A stretch of 64,000 nt of DNA from Dehalococcoidia bacterium (GCA_965219085.1 OZ244720.1:1920001-1984000), one strand, 5' to 3'; positions 29,020 through 40,123 are shown, counted from the first letter of the stretch. Numbers and translations are program-made. The notes: generated from the sequence alone by a model not told the origin.

Positions 29020-31994
29020 CCACGTCGCTGCGGATGTAGCGCAGGTCGTAGCCGGTGATTGCCGATGCGCCAGCGTCACCGGGGGCGGACCACGCGACGG
29101 TGAGCGAGGTTGCGGCTGTTCCCACGGAGGTGATCGCCGGATGGCCGGGCGCGTACCCGTGCCCGTATACCGTGATCCTCCACTTCTTGAGCGTTCCCGA
29201 GGCTCCCCCCGCCAGTTGTTGATGCGCAACGTCCACTGCCCGGCGGGATCCTCGCCGAGGTGGCGGGCGGAGCCGAAACGGAACGGCTCTCGCAGGGGTC
29301 GGTACACGTAACCGAGTCGCGTTGGACGGGTCGTGAGGTGCGACACAGCCCCCGAGGGCGAAATCAGTTCGAACTCCAGGGTTCGGAAGCTGGTGTGGTC
29401 GATCGCGATGTCGACCGCGACGAACTCGACGAACCCCACGTGGCCGCCCTCGATGGACACCTGCGTGCTCGCCCGGGAGCTGATGGTGGTGGGGAGCGCC
29501 AGGTCGGCATCGTCGGACGTCACCATCACCGAACGCCAGGCCGGAGCGGTGGTCCAGCCGTCGGCCAGATCGACCGCAGCGCCGGCATCGACGGTGCCGA
29601 AGCCGTACCAGTGGTTGAACTGGTAGTAGTCCGTCGTCGAGCCGTACTGCAGCGCCCCTTGCTCCCAGCCCGAATCCGCTGCGCTGTCTTGCGCGCGGAG
29701 GCGGCGAGGATCAGCTTCACGTCCCGCCAGCTGAGATCGGGGTTGGCGGCGCGCATCAGCGCCACCACCCCGGACACGATCGGCGCGGAGGCGGACGTGC
29801 CGGTGAACGAACCCGTGTACCACCCCCTGTGGGTCGTCGCGATGCCCAGCGCGCCGTCGCCGCCGGGAGCGCAGACCCAGAGATTGGCGCCCCGCTCCGA
29901 GTACCAGGTGCGGACATCGCCGAGGGTGATGGCGCAGACGGCGACGACTCCATAGTGGTTCACGTATCCGTCGAGGTTCCCGTTGTCGTGCAGGCCCCCG
30001 TTGCCATTGGCCCAGACGTAGACGATTCCCTTCCCGCCGAAGCCCTGCGTGATGCCCGTCTCGATCGCCTGCTCCCAGATTCCAGAAACGGGGGAGGGAT
30101 GCCCGTTGTCGCCGGAGCCCCAGCTGTTATTGGACACAGCGGTGTCTGCCAGGTCACGAGTCATGGCGGGGGCTGCATAGAACTGGATGCCCGAGTGGTG
30201 CAGGATCGCGTTGTACCCGTAGATGCTGGCCCGGGGCGCGACTCCCCGCATGCCCTGGTCGTCGTCGCGGGCCGCGATCAGGCCGGCCACATTCGTCCCG
30301 TGCGTGGATTGGCCCGGGCGGAAGATGTCGTTGATTTGGTTCGTGTCGTGGTAGTCGTGGTTGCGATCGTGGCGCACGTTGGGGCTCAGGTCGGGGTGCC
30401 CGTGATTCATGCCCGTATCGACCACCGCCACGTTCACACCCGCACCCATCGTGGTCCCCCACGCCTCCAGCACGTTGCTGTCCTGGCCCGCCCCTCCGGG
30501 CCGCAGCGCGCCCGTGTTGTGCAGGTGCCACTGGCAACCGGCCAGGGGGTCGCTCATGGGCGATGTCACGGCGCTGCACTCCTCGTGGAACGCCTGCCGG
30601 TGGGTTTCAACCCCGGCCTGAAGGAAATACGCGCCGCCGGAGCCGGGCGCCCCGTCTTCGCTGATCCGGATGCTGTAGGTACCGGCGCTGAGAAAGGCCA
30701 GGCGAGAGACGGCCGTAAACCCACCCTCTAAGGAGGAGTAGGCGTACACCTCGTTCCCCTGATCATCGAGGATGTCCCCCGTGATTGACACCGAGGAGTC
30801 CGCGTACGCCCGCATCAGGAGCCACGTGTCCCCCTCCACCGTCAGGCGGAAGTAGTTCTGGCTGGTGCCGGCATCCACCCGTCCCGCCACAACCGACAGG
30901 AGACCGAGGGGCCGTGCCGTGGCGGCGCTGCCGCCCCTGTCGGGGACCTCCTCGAAGAAGAGCGTGTACGCCCCTGTTGCAGAGGAGGAGTACGCCCGCA
31001 CCTTGACGTAGTAGGTGCCCGCCGCCAGCTCGCGCCTGATCAGGAAGCTCTTCGTCAGTCCATGGATTTCGTTGTCGTCGCTCTCGTCGCCGATTTGATT
31101 GCCGTCCGAGTCCAGCAACGCACCGACCGTGTCCAGCCTGTCAGAGGAGGGGGCCGTGATCCAGACATCGGTGGTGCTGGCGAGCTCGAACGTGAAGTAG
31201 TTGACATCTCCCCCGTTTGCGATCCGCCCCGGCGCCGGCTCGCCCGACGCGACGGTTGTGGCGCTCTCCTGGGTCCCCCCGGGGGCCGGCGCTGGGCGAA
31301 TCTCGAGCGTGTACGGCCCACTCGCCTCCTCAAAGCCATCCACGCCGATGTAATACGTTCCGTGTTCAAGCTGCTGGCGGATGGCGAAGTTCAACCGGCC
31401 GGAGGGGTATCCGCCGTCGTCCCTGAACCTCGTCACGTTCGGGCCCACGAGTTCCCCGCGGGTGTCGAAGTCGCTCACGGTGTAGATCCAGAGATCGACC
31501 TGCTCGGAGAGGACAAGCTGGAAAACATCCCAGTCGTCCGTGCCGTCGATGCGCGCTTCGATGGAGGAGTCCAGCGCGACGACCGTTGCGGCCGACGCCC
31601 TGTCGCCGTGATCCGTCGTCGTTTGAGCGAAGGTGTCCGACCAGGGGCCTGCACCGATGGCGTTGACCGCACGCACCTGCACGTCGTACCCCGTGCTGTC
31701 CCGCAGGCCGCTGACCGTGTGCTGGAGTGAGGTCAGGCTGCTCACACCGGTCTCGACCTCCCAGTTCGCGTCCGCCGTGTCGGCCGCATCACTCAGGATG
31801 TAGCGAAGGTCATAGGAGGTGAGCGCCTCCCCGCCCGTGTCGGAGGGCGCGGTCCAGGCGACCGTGAGGGTGGAAGCGCCGGCGGTCACCGAGCTGATTG
31901 CCGGGGCCGCCGGTGCGGTCTGGCCCCGCACCCGTTCCGCCGCCACACCGAGTGCGAGCAGGGTGCAGACCGCGAGCAGGGCTGCTCGCTTCAC
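29020..31994 (-). pseudogene. Second secreted FN3-PPC-S8 kexin-like protease-P domain-FN3 gene; frameshifts near 29690 and 29200, 3' end truncated
   Basis: MKRAALLAVCTLLALGVAAERVRGQ; VAVVDTG, THGTNVAGLIAA, WANGNG, FTGTSASAPIVSG. P-domain FRFGSARHLGEDPAGQWTL lies in the next frame. Confidence 0.88.
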
Positions 31995-32908
31995 CGCAGG
32001 GAGACCTCCCTTTGCCAGTTGGGGCTGGCAAGCAGGACCCCGTCCTCCCCCGCCAGCGCGTTCGCGAGGTTGAGCGAGGGGAAGCCCGGGTCCGTCTCGA
32101 CGAAGAAGGCGTTGGTCGTGAAGTTCTGCTCCTCGATGCGGCTGCTGTCGATGCCCTGTTTGGAGAAGAAGGCGTCGATGCTGTCCCCGCTCCAGGAGGG
32201 CTCGAACACCACCACCACGCCGCCGGGCAGCGTCATCAACTCGCCGCTGGACTCGGAGACGAAGACCGGCAGCGTCTTGCCCTGCGCGTCCCGGGAGCCG
32301 CTGCGAACGACTGTGCCGTCGGAATCCACGACAAGGTCCGTCTGCAGCAGCACGCGCCTGGTGCGGTCACCGTCCTGCCAGGTGTAGACCGCTCCCTCGG
32401 CCTGGGCCGAGGGCCTGGGGGAAAACGGCGGCTCTTCGGTGCCCCTGGGGCCTTGCGGTGACTCGTCGTCACCCGTGCCCTTGGGCCCCGGCGGCGGCGG
32501 GTCGGGATCCGTATCTTTCCAGTCTCCACTCGCTGAATCGTCCTCCACCGCCCCTCTGGCGCCCGGGGCGAGCGAGCTCGCAGCCGCCGCAGCCCCCGCG
32601 TTCGGGGTCGGGGAAGGGGACACTGCGGTTGGCTCGGAAGTCGGGACCGCTGTGGGCTCGGGATTCGAGACCGCCGTGGGCCCGGGAGCAGCGGGCCGCC
32701 GCGGAGCCGGCGTGGGGCTGACCACCGGCGCAGCGGGGGTCCCGCCACGCCCTGCGCCGGTGGTTGGAGCGGCCGCTTCAGGCGACGTGATGGGCAGTGG
32801 GTCCGCGGGAACGGGCGGGGACGAATCGCACCCGGCAAGGGCCACGGCGCCGACCGTCAGCCCCGCGAGCGCCGCCAGGAGAACCAGGTGGCTCTTCGTC
32901 CAAGCCAC
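31991..32908 (-). CDS. Lipoprotein with Pro/Ala/Thr-rich stalk and C-terminal subtilase-propeptide-like domain
   Basis: Lipobox LAGC after a hydrophobic stretch. C-terminus LMTLPGGVVVVF...SLNLANALAGEDGVLLASPNWQREVSLR. Stop overlaps the protease GTG start (GTGA). Confidence 0.8.
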   Translation of the reverse strand: MAWTKSHLVLLAALAGLTVGAVALAGCDSSPPVPADPLPITSPEAAAPTTGAGRGGTPAAPVVSPTPAPRRPAAPGPTAVSNPEPTAVPTSEPTAVSPSPTPNAGAAAAASSLAPGARGAVEDDSASGDWKDTDPDPPPPGPKGTGDDESPQGPRGTEEPPFSPRPSAQAEGAVYTWQDGDRTRRVLLQTDLVVDSDGTVVRSGSRDAQGKTLPVFVSESSGELMTLPGGVVVVFEPSWSGDSIDAFFSKQGIDSSRIEEQNFTTNAFFVETDPGFPSLNLANALAGEDGVLLASPNWQREVSLR

Positions 32909-33369
32909 TACCGGCTCTCACGGGGTCGGCAACGGTATGGAACCTGATGCCGATCTTGCTCACGTGTGTAGCCGGCGGGGTCGGCGACGGTGGTGAATCC
33001 CGGGGCACGTTTGCCAGTAGTGGCGTCCAGGACATCCTGACTGCGTTCGGTGGACTGCCCCATGTTCTTTACCGGGGACTGAACCACAACCATGTTGGCG
33101 TCATAGTCGCTATACATGTTCCATCCCCCCGTCCCTAAGAAGCGGCCGCTATTTCCCGCCTAACTAACCAGTCCTCCGCGCTGCCGCTGTGCTCGTCGTT
33201 GCTGCTTGTCGGAGCCAATTCGCTAGCGTTGCGATCGGCGGTCACTCTGCCGATGACAACGAAGCAGGTGGTGCTCGCTGCAAGCGTCGTTCCGCCCGCC
33301 GTCCCAAGTGCATGGATTGATCTGTCGAGTACCACATAGATACCTCCCATAGCGCGGGGTGGATTTAAG

Positions 33370-33449
33370 GCAGCGTATCACTTATCTATGAATATTCAGT
33401 GTCAAATAGGCCAATGCCGGTGGTAGTCTGGTGGCGATTCTCAGGAAGA
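33370..33449 (-). promoter_or_regulatory. Conserved upstream element, partial copy 3
   Basis: gcagcgtatcactt...TGAATATTCAgtg...aatagg...tggtggcgattctcaggaa aligns with the central part of copies 1 and 2. Confidence 0.65.
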
Positions 33450-33599
33450 ACGTCTAGTCGGGCCTGATTGCAACCTGCTCGCAAGGATTCGCTCAGCCAT
33501 CCGTTTCGGCGCGCCGACCCGGTGAAAGGTCGTCGCCGTGCCTTGCGAGAGGGTCACGCCCACGAGCAGCGTCGCTCATGCCCGGCGAGCGGCGACGCG

Positions 33600-33740
33600 A
33601 TGCGACGTACGCCCTCATTGCCAACCCTGTCGTCAGCGGGAGCCGGTCAACTGACGCAGTCCGATGTCACGAACCTGACCGGGATCCTCGACCACGAGAT
33701 CGCCCGGAACACAATGAGGAGCTACCGGAGCCAGTGGAGC
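33600..33740 (+). pseudogene. N-terminal fragment of a tyrosine recombinase
   Basis: LDHEIARNTMRSYRSQW resembles the 'NT.RAY...W' start of integrase core-binding domains. The rest is absent. Confidence 0.45.
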
Positions 33741-33750
33741 CGCCCGCGGT

Positions 33751-33995
33751 TCACCGCTCGGCGCGCACTCGCCTGCGGTGTTCCGCCCGCACGAACTTGA
33801 TGAAGTTGTGGATCGACTCGATGTCCTGCGGCGGAAGGCCGGCCACCGCGTCGCGAAATGAGACCTCGGCTGCCTTGAGCAGTTCCGACTCGACGACAGA
33901 CTGCCCGAGTAAGTGCTCAGCGCTCGTCTCGCAGTGGAAGGCCAGATCGACAAGGCGCTCGTGCTGGGGCTTCATGCGCCCCGCCTCCTCCTCCT
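33751..33995 (-). pseudogene. C-terminal half of an XRE/ImmR-like HTH repressor
   Basis: EAGRMKPQHERLVDLAFHCETSAEHLLG...DIESIHNFIKFVRAE. Confidence 0.6.
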
Positions 33996-34170
33996 CCGCC
34001 TGCGAGCAGGCCGGGAACGTTGCGTCGATGTTGCAGATGTGGTCGAAGTTCGCTGTCACCGACTTGTCGCGGCTCATGTACACACGCGTCGAACTCGACG
34101 ACGAGCTCGAGTCGCCCGACCAGCCAGTGAACACCCAGTTGTCGGTGGTCGCCGTTGCGCTGATGCTCGC
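33996..34170 (-). pseudogene. Fragment of a surface protein (InlB B-repeat-like), fused in frame to the XRE remnant
   Basis: ISATATTDNWVFTGWSGD...VYMSRDKSVTANF. Confidence 0.55.
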
Positions 34171-34171
34171 A

Positions 34172-34647
34172 TCGGCGCGGAGCGGCCCGAGCGGGCCAGC
34201 CGAGCGCGCCCCCGGCGCGAGGCGCAGCCGGCGACAGGCCCGCGTGACGCCCCTTCCCCGTCGCCCACGGCAGCCCGCGGCGCCGACCCCCGGCCACCTT
34301 GTGCACGCGCGCACCAGGTCGGGCGCAGTGGCGTGTGGCCCCTCGGCGCGGAGCGGCCCGAGTGGGTCCAGCCGAGCGCGCCCCCGGCGCGAGGCCCGCG
34401 TCACCGCCCGTCCCCGTCGCCCACGGCAGCCCGTGGCGCCGAGCCCCCGGCCACCTCGTGCACGTGTGCACCAGGTCGGACGCAGCGGCGTGTGGCCCCT
34501 CGGCGCGGAGCGGCCCGAGCGGGTCCAGCCGAGCGCGCCCCCGGCGCGAGGCCCGCGTCACCGCCCGTCCCCGTCGCCCACGGCAACTCGTGGCGCCGAC
34601 CCTCGGGCCACCTCGTGCACGCGTGCACCAGGTCGCGCGCAGCGGCA
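34172..34647. repeat. Three tandem imperfect ~157-bp GC-rich repeats
   Basis: Units start tcggcgcggagcggcccgag at about 34172, 34343 and 34500. Each contains gtgcacgygygcac. Confidence 0.88.
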
Positions 34648-34757
34648 CGGATTCGGTCGCGGTTACGGGAGCAGCGGGCTACGCGGTGGAAGCGATCCCG
34701 TGACGTGGCCCGGGGCCAGGAGAGCAGGGCGAGCCGGGGTGGAGCGTGAAGGAGCAA

Positions 34758-36126
34758 GGGTCACGTCCCTGCAAGTGGTGTAACAGTGCACCATCCTGAT
34801 CATTTGCTAGCTGGCGGTCTGCAGTAGCACCTCCTCGCCTGAGGCGACCTCGGCCACGGCCGCCGGCAGCGGCTGCAGCATCGTCATGTAGCGCCGCCCC
34901 TCCGCCCACTCGTCGTGCTGCTCGGCGAGCACGGCGCCGACCAGCCGCACGACGGCGGCACGGTTGGGGAAGATGCCGACCACGTTGGTGCGCCGCCGGA
35001 TCTCCTTGTTGAGGCGTTCCAGCGGGTTGTTCGACCAGACCTGCCGCCAGTGGACGACCGGGAAGGCCGTAAACGCCAGGATCTCCGGCCCGGCGTCGGC
35101 GAGCAGCGCCGCGGCCTCGGGGAAGCGCTCGGCGAGCTGCTCCACCACGCGGGCGTGTTGGGCCTGCACCTCGGCCGCCGAGGACTGCTCGTAGATCGTC
35201 CGCACCGTCGTCGCCACCAGCTTCTCGGCGCTCTTCGGCACCCGGGTCAGCAGGTTGCGCATGAAGTGCGTGCGGCAGCGCTGCCAGGAGGCGCCGGCGA
35301 AGACCGTCGCGATCGCCTCCCTGAGGCCCTGGTGCGCGTCCGAGGTGACGAGCTCGACGCCGGACAGGCCGCGCGCCACGAGCCCGCGCAGGAAGCTCAG
35401 CCAGAACGCCCCGTCCTCGGAGGTGCCGACGTCGATGCCCAGCAGCTCGCGCTTGCCGGAGGCGTTGACGGCGGTGGCGACGACCACGGCCACCTGCACG
35501 ACGCGGCCCTCCTCGCGCACGAGCTGGGTGAGCGCGTCGAGCCAGAGGTAGCGGTAGGGGCCCGAGTCGAGGGGCCGCTCGAGGAAGCTCGAGACGACCT
35601 CGTCGAGTTCAGCGCAGATGCGCGAGACCTGGCTCTTGGAGATGCCGTCGCAGCCGAGCGAGCGCACGAGGTCGTCGACGCGACGGGTCGAGACGCCCTC
35701 GACGTAGGCCTGCGTGACCACGGAGACCAGGGCGCGCTCCGAGCGCCGCCGCGGCTCGATCAGCGAGGGGAAGTAGCTGCCCTCGCGCAGCTTCGGGATG
35801 CCCAGTTCGATCGTGCCCACACGCGTGTCCCAGCGCCGCGGCCGGTAGCCGTTGCGCCGGGTCAGGCGCGTCTCGCTGCGCTCGCCGTGGGCGGCGCCGA
35901 TCTGCTCGGAGACCTCGGCGTCCATCACCGCCTGGGCGAGCACCGCGACCGCCTCGCGCAGAAAGTCGAGGTCCGCTCCGTCCGCCTGCTTGCGCAGCAG
36001 TTCCAACAAGTCCACGCTCTCCTTGACCACAGTCGTCCTCCTCCACGTGACTCTTCTTCTTGTGAAGGATGGCGCTGTGGTCTCCTACGTCTACCTCCTG
36101 TGACACCACTTCCTGGGACGCTACTC
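34758..36126 (-). mobile_element. IS256-family element
   Basis: IRs GGGTCACGTCCCTGCAAGTGGTGTAACAG / rc GAGTAGCGTCCCAGGAAGTGGTGTCACAG. No flanking direct repeat seen. Confidence 0.88.
34807..36030 (-). CDS. IS256-family (Mutator) transposase, intact
   Basis: RNGYRPR, GVSTRRV, YLWLDA, TSDAHQGL, WQRCRTHF, NPLERLNKEIRRR. Confidence 0.95.
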   Translation of the reverse strand: MVKESVDLLELLRKQADGADLDFLREAVAVLAQAVMDAEVSEQIGAAHGERSETRLTRRNGYRPRRWDTRVGTIELGIPKLREGSYFPSLIEPRRRSERALVSVVTQAYVEGVSTRRVDDLVRSLGCDGISKSQVSRICAELDEVVSSFLERPLDSGPYRYLWLDALTQLVREEGRVVQVAVVVATAVNASGKRELLGIDVGTSEDGAFWLSFLRGLVARGLSGVELVTSDAHQGLREAIATVFAGASWQRCRTHFMRNLLTRVPKSAEKLVATTVRTIYEQSSAAEVQAQHARVVEQLAERFPEAAALLADAGPEILAFTAFPVVHWRQVWSNNPLERLNKEIRRRTNVVGIFPNRAAVVRLVGAVLAEQHDEWAEGRRYMTMLQPLPAAVAEVASGEEVLLQTAS

Positions 36127-36665
36127 CCGGCCGATCGGAGGTTGGCGGCGACGAGGACCCGTTCGCGCGCTTCGAGAGCGGGTTGTGATGCCGTGTGACA
36201 CCGGGTGGTTGCGCCGCCCCGCAGGATGTGGTTGTCGTGACATCAGGGACGTGCTGCATCGCCAGAAAACGAGCGCCTCGTTTACAGGGTGCGCGCTGGC
36301 CGCCAGAAAAGATGTACGGGAGTCCGGCCGCGCTCTGGAGGAGCAGTCGGAGTCTACGAGTGGCAGTTGCGCTTCGGCGAGCCTCGAAATGATCGGCTCT
36401 GTGGCCGGGGCCGGTCGCAGAACGAGAGGGCCGCGCCCGCGACGAGCCCGCGTGTGTCACAGGCGCGGTCACCCCGGGTGGGATCGTCGGAGCGCGAACC
36501 AAGCCCTCGGAGGCGGCTGATGATGGTTTTCGCGCTCGCCGACACCCCGGCCTGGCTTCGCGCCGCCATTGACGCTCTTCGCGGCCGCAGGGTGGTGGAT
36601 GCCCCGCAGTCGCGGTCTACGACCAGCCAGCGGGGCAGCGCCGACGGTTCGAGGTGGCCACTCCG

Positions 36666-37040
36666 ATGATCGAGGGTACCGTCAACGCGGGACTCGAGCC
36701 CGTGATCAGGCTGCGGCTCCTCGGTCCGTCCGGCCAGACTCGAGAAGTGGACGCTATCGTCGCCACGGGCTACGAGGGATTCCTGACCCTGCCGCCTGGC
36801 ATCGTGGCGGAACTTGGGTTGGAGTCCTCTGGTCATGCTCAGGTGGTCCTTCCCGACGGCAGGGAGATGACGTTTGAGAGCTACGCCGTCACCGTGCTGT
36901 GGGACGGTCGGCCGCTGGACATCGGCGCCGAGATCTCACCAATCGGGCCAGCGGTGGGCCGGTCGATGCTCGCTGGCCACCACGTGCTCATCGAGGCCGA
37001 GCGAGGAGGCGGGCGGGTCGTCATCGAAGCCATGGCGTAG
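36666..37040 (+). CDS. Clan AA (retropepsin-like) aspartic protease homologue, catalytic Asp replaced by Ala
   Basis: MIEGTVNAGLEPVIRLRL...EVDAIVATGYEGFLTLP...PAVGRSML. The usual DTG motif reads ATG here. Confidence 0.8.
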   Translation: MIEGTVNAGLEPVIRLRLLGPSGQTREVDAIVATGYEGFLTLPPGIVAELGLESSGHAQVVLPDGREMTFESYAVTVLWDGRPLDIGAEISPIGPAVGRSMLAGHHVLIEAERGGGRVVIEAMA

Positions 37041-37815
37041 CGCGAACGCGTGCCGCGCGACATCGCCGGAACGCTTTTGTACTGAAGGGTCCCGGTGGGA
37101 TCGCGAGCCACGTCTGTGAACGGGGGCAACCTCTGGGGCTCCACCTCCGCCGGCGGGCGGCCGCGATCAGTTCTTGGCCGCTTGACGAGTCGCCGGTGGG
37201 ACCCGACGCCGATAGCGAGACCCGCCACGCGGCGGGTCTCGCTATCGGGTTAGCCACGTGCACCCAGCGTCGGCACCGCTGTGCTGCTAGCTTGAGGTGG
37301 CACGCATCGTGCGCCCAGAACGTCGAGCTACGATCCCGAACGGCTATGAGATCACGAACCGTGTCCGATCCGTTCGTCGATTCCGCTTCGCGGAGCGACC
37401 GCGGCCCTTTGGCCGCGCGCAAGCGATGGTGAAGCGAAGGCGAGGCTCGTGACCGCGGACACCGACGTCTCTCTCCTCATCCACAGGCCGTTGGGCGTCG
37501 CCACGCCGGACAGTCGACTGTCGGCGCTCAGTGTTGCCTGGGAGAGCCGGGCCGGGGTGGAACCTCAGACGTGGGGAACCACCCGGCCAGGCCTTCGGAC
37601 TACTGTCGTTGTTCCCTGTCGCTGTGGATTCGCGAGCAGGGCAAGATCCCGTCCTGATCCTCGCTCCGAGCCGACTTGGCCGGAATTGTTCGGCGCTGCG
37701 CGAGGCAGAGACGCCTCGTGGGCGGCCCGGCGCGCGATCGTCCGCTGGCGTGGGAATGACAACCCGTTCTGGCCCCACCTTGATCCTCTGAACTGGCCCC
37801 ACCCCCGGGATGTGA

Positions 37816-38597
37816 TCAGCTGGTCGGTGCACCTCCCTTCGAGGCGGTGGTGACCCGCAGGCGATAGGACTCGCTGCCGGTCTCGATGATGTGGGCGCGG
37901 AACGTGAGCCGGTCGACGACCGCGGCGGCGAGGCGGGGGTCGGCGAAGGTCTGCCCCCACTCCGAGAACGGGGCGTTGGAGGCGACCGCCACGGATGCCC
38001 GCTCCTCACGCTCGGTGAGGACCTGGAAGAGCAGTTCGGCTCCGCGCGGGTCGAGGTGGACGTAGCCGAACTCGTCGAGGCAGAGCAGGTCGAGCCGGCC
38101 GTAGCGGGCGACCACGCGTGAGAGCGTGCGCTCGTCGGCGGCTTCGGCCAGTTCGTTCACGAGCGCGGCCGCCGTCGTGTAGCGCACCCGCAGCCCGCGC
38201 TGGCAGGCGGCCATGCCGAGCCCGATCAGCAGGTGCGACTTGCCGGTGCCGCTGTCTCCGAGCAGCACGACGGGCTGGCCCGAGGCGATCCACTCGCCGC
38301 GCTCCAGCGTGGCGAGCATGGTCGGGTCGACCGTGGGGGCCGCCGCCAGGTCGAAGTCGGCGAGGTGCTTGAGCCGGGGAAACGGGCCTCGTGGATGCGG
38401 TGTTCACGGCGGCGCGCATCGCGGTCGTCGAGTTCGGATTGGAGCACCTCGGCGAGGTAGGCGAGATGGGTGAGCCGGTCGCGCAGCGCGGCCTCGGCGA
38501 GCGCGGCGGCCTGCTGGCGCACGGTGGGGAGGTGCAGCGCGCGGCTGGTCGCCTCGACCTGAAGCGCCGCCGCCTGCTCGGTCACGGGCGTGCTCAT
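37816..38597 (-). pseudogene. istB: IstB ATPase, frameshift near 38377
   Basis: GDSGTGKSH, LLCLDEFGY, AAVVDRL. N-terminal part lies in another frame (one base short in a C-run). Confidence 0.9.
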
Positions 38598-40123
38598 CGC
38601 GTGCTCGCGGCGCGCAGCGCGTCGTAGCCGGCCAGGCTCGGCGCCGGGCGGTCGAAGCGCCGCAGCGCCGGCCGCTCCACGACGGCGGTCTCGCGGCGGC
38701 CGTCGGCGACGCGGCGCGCCTCGATGGCCACCAGCGCCGGGTCCACCGCGCCCAGCCGCTCCACCGCATCGAGCGCTGCGTGCACCGAGGCGAAGGGCAG
38801 GTGGCGATGCAAGAGCAGCACCTCGATGAGCGCCCGCGTCCCGGCGCCGTCACCGAGCTTGCGGCGGGCGCGCTGCCAGAAGCGTTGGTGCGCGGTGGTG
38901 AAGCTCCCCGAGGCGCGCGCCTGCTCGAGCGCCACCGCGCCGGGCAGCGCGCCGGGCTTGCGGGACAGCACCTCGAGGAAGTGGTCGAGCACGAGGATCT
39001 CGGCCCCCTTGTGGGCGCTGCGCTCGTGGCGGGCGACCACACGGCCCCCGAGGAGGGCGGTCACGGTCCCGCCGCCCAGGCGGACGTCCACCGTGCGGCC
39101 CGCGAACGCCGCGGGCACCGAGTAGCGCGAGCCACGCACGGAGATGCGCGCCTTGCGGTCGGCCTTCGCCTGCAGCGCGACCGTGGGGTCGAAGGGTTCG
39201 GCGGGGAGGGGCCGCAGCGAGGGCCGCTCGGCCTCCGCCATCCGGCCGACGGTGGCGAGCCGGCCGGCGATGTGGCGGGCGTCGTCTGAGCGGTCGGCCG
39301 CCTCCAGCAACGCGTTCAGCTCGGCCAGGCTCTCGACGCGCGGGACCGGCACGAGGTGGCGCCGGCGGAAGCGCCCGACCTCGCCCTCCACGCCGCCCTT
39401 TTCGTGCGCGCCCGCGATGCCGGGCTCGCAGAAGAACGCGTCGAAGCCGTAGTGCGAGCGCAACGCGACGAAGCGGTCGGTCTCGATACGGTCGCGCCCC
39501 AGGAGCACGCGCGTCACGGCCGAGCTCAAATTGTCGTAGCGAATGCGCCGCGGCACCCCGCCGAGGCGATCGAGGGCGAGCGTGTGGCCCTCGAGGAACG
39601 CCTCCTGGCCCTCGCCCGGGAAGCACACGTGGACCGCCCGCCCCGAGTGCGAGAGCCGCAGCACGAACATCGACAGCTCGGTCTGCACGCCGTCCAGCCA
39701 GACGCTGACTCCGCCGAAGTCGACCTCCGCCTCCTCGCCCGGCGGGTGCAACTGGGGGATCGTCACGACTGAGCGACCGGACTCCAGCTCGCGGCGCACG
39801 CGGCCGGCGTAGGCGCGCACCGTCGCCTCGGCCACCGTCGCGCCGTACTCATCGACGAGGCGCTCCCAGACCCGCCGCGCCGTGTGCCGCTGCTTGCGCG
39901 GCGCGCTCAGGTCGGCAGTCAGCCACTCCCGGATGATCTCCACGTACGGACCGAGCTTCGGCGCCGCTCGAGACGCCTGCTTGCGTTGCGGCGGCAGCGC
40001 CGACTGCAGCGCCTGCCGTACCGTGCGCCGGTGCACGTGGTGGCGGCGCGCCAGCTCGCGTATGGGCAGCCCCTCCTCTCGCCATGCCCGTCGGATATCC
40101 TCGAACAACTCCACCCTCGACAC
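38594..40123 (-). CDS. istA: IstA transposase
   Basis: EAEVDFG, IRYDNL, HEKGGVEGEVG. Overlaps istB start. Confidence 0.95.
   Translation of the reverse strand: MSRVELFEDIRRAWREEGLPIRELARRHHVHRRTVRQALQSALPPQRKQASRAAPKLGPYVEIIREWLTADLSAPRKQRHTARRVWERLVDEYGATVAEATVRAYAGRVRRELESGRSVVTIPQLHPPGEEAEVDFGGVSVWLDGVQTELSMFVLRLSHSGRAVHVCFPGEGQEAFLEGHTLALDRLGGVPRRIRYDNLSSAVTRVLLGRDRIETDRFVALRSHYGFDAFFCEPGIAGAHEKGGVEGEVGRFRRRHLVPVPRVESLAELNALLEAADRSDDARHIAGRLATVGRMAEAERPSLRPLPAEPFDPTVALQAKADRKARISVRGSRYSVPAAFAGRTVDVRLGGGTVTALLGGRVVARHERSAHKGAEILVLDHFLEVLSRKPGALPGAVALEQARASGSFTTAHQRFWQRARRKLGDGAGTRALIEVLLLHRHLPFASVHAALDAVERLGAVDPALVAIEARRVADGRRETAVVERPALRRFDRPAPSLAGYDALRAASTR

Noticed and set aside
33751-34404. 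Novel 217-aa repeat/InlB/XRE fusion protein
   Set aside because: Better explained as deletion-joined fragments with no credible start.
34172-34647. Possible CRISPR array
   Set aside because: Units are ~157 bp contiguous repeats without unique spacers, and no cas genes are present.
36127-37750. Short ORFs around the aspartic protease gene (and in 40250-41160)
   Set aside because: No recognisable motifs, RBS or consistent frame; left unannotated.
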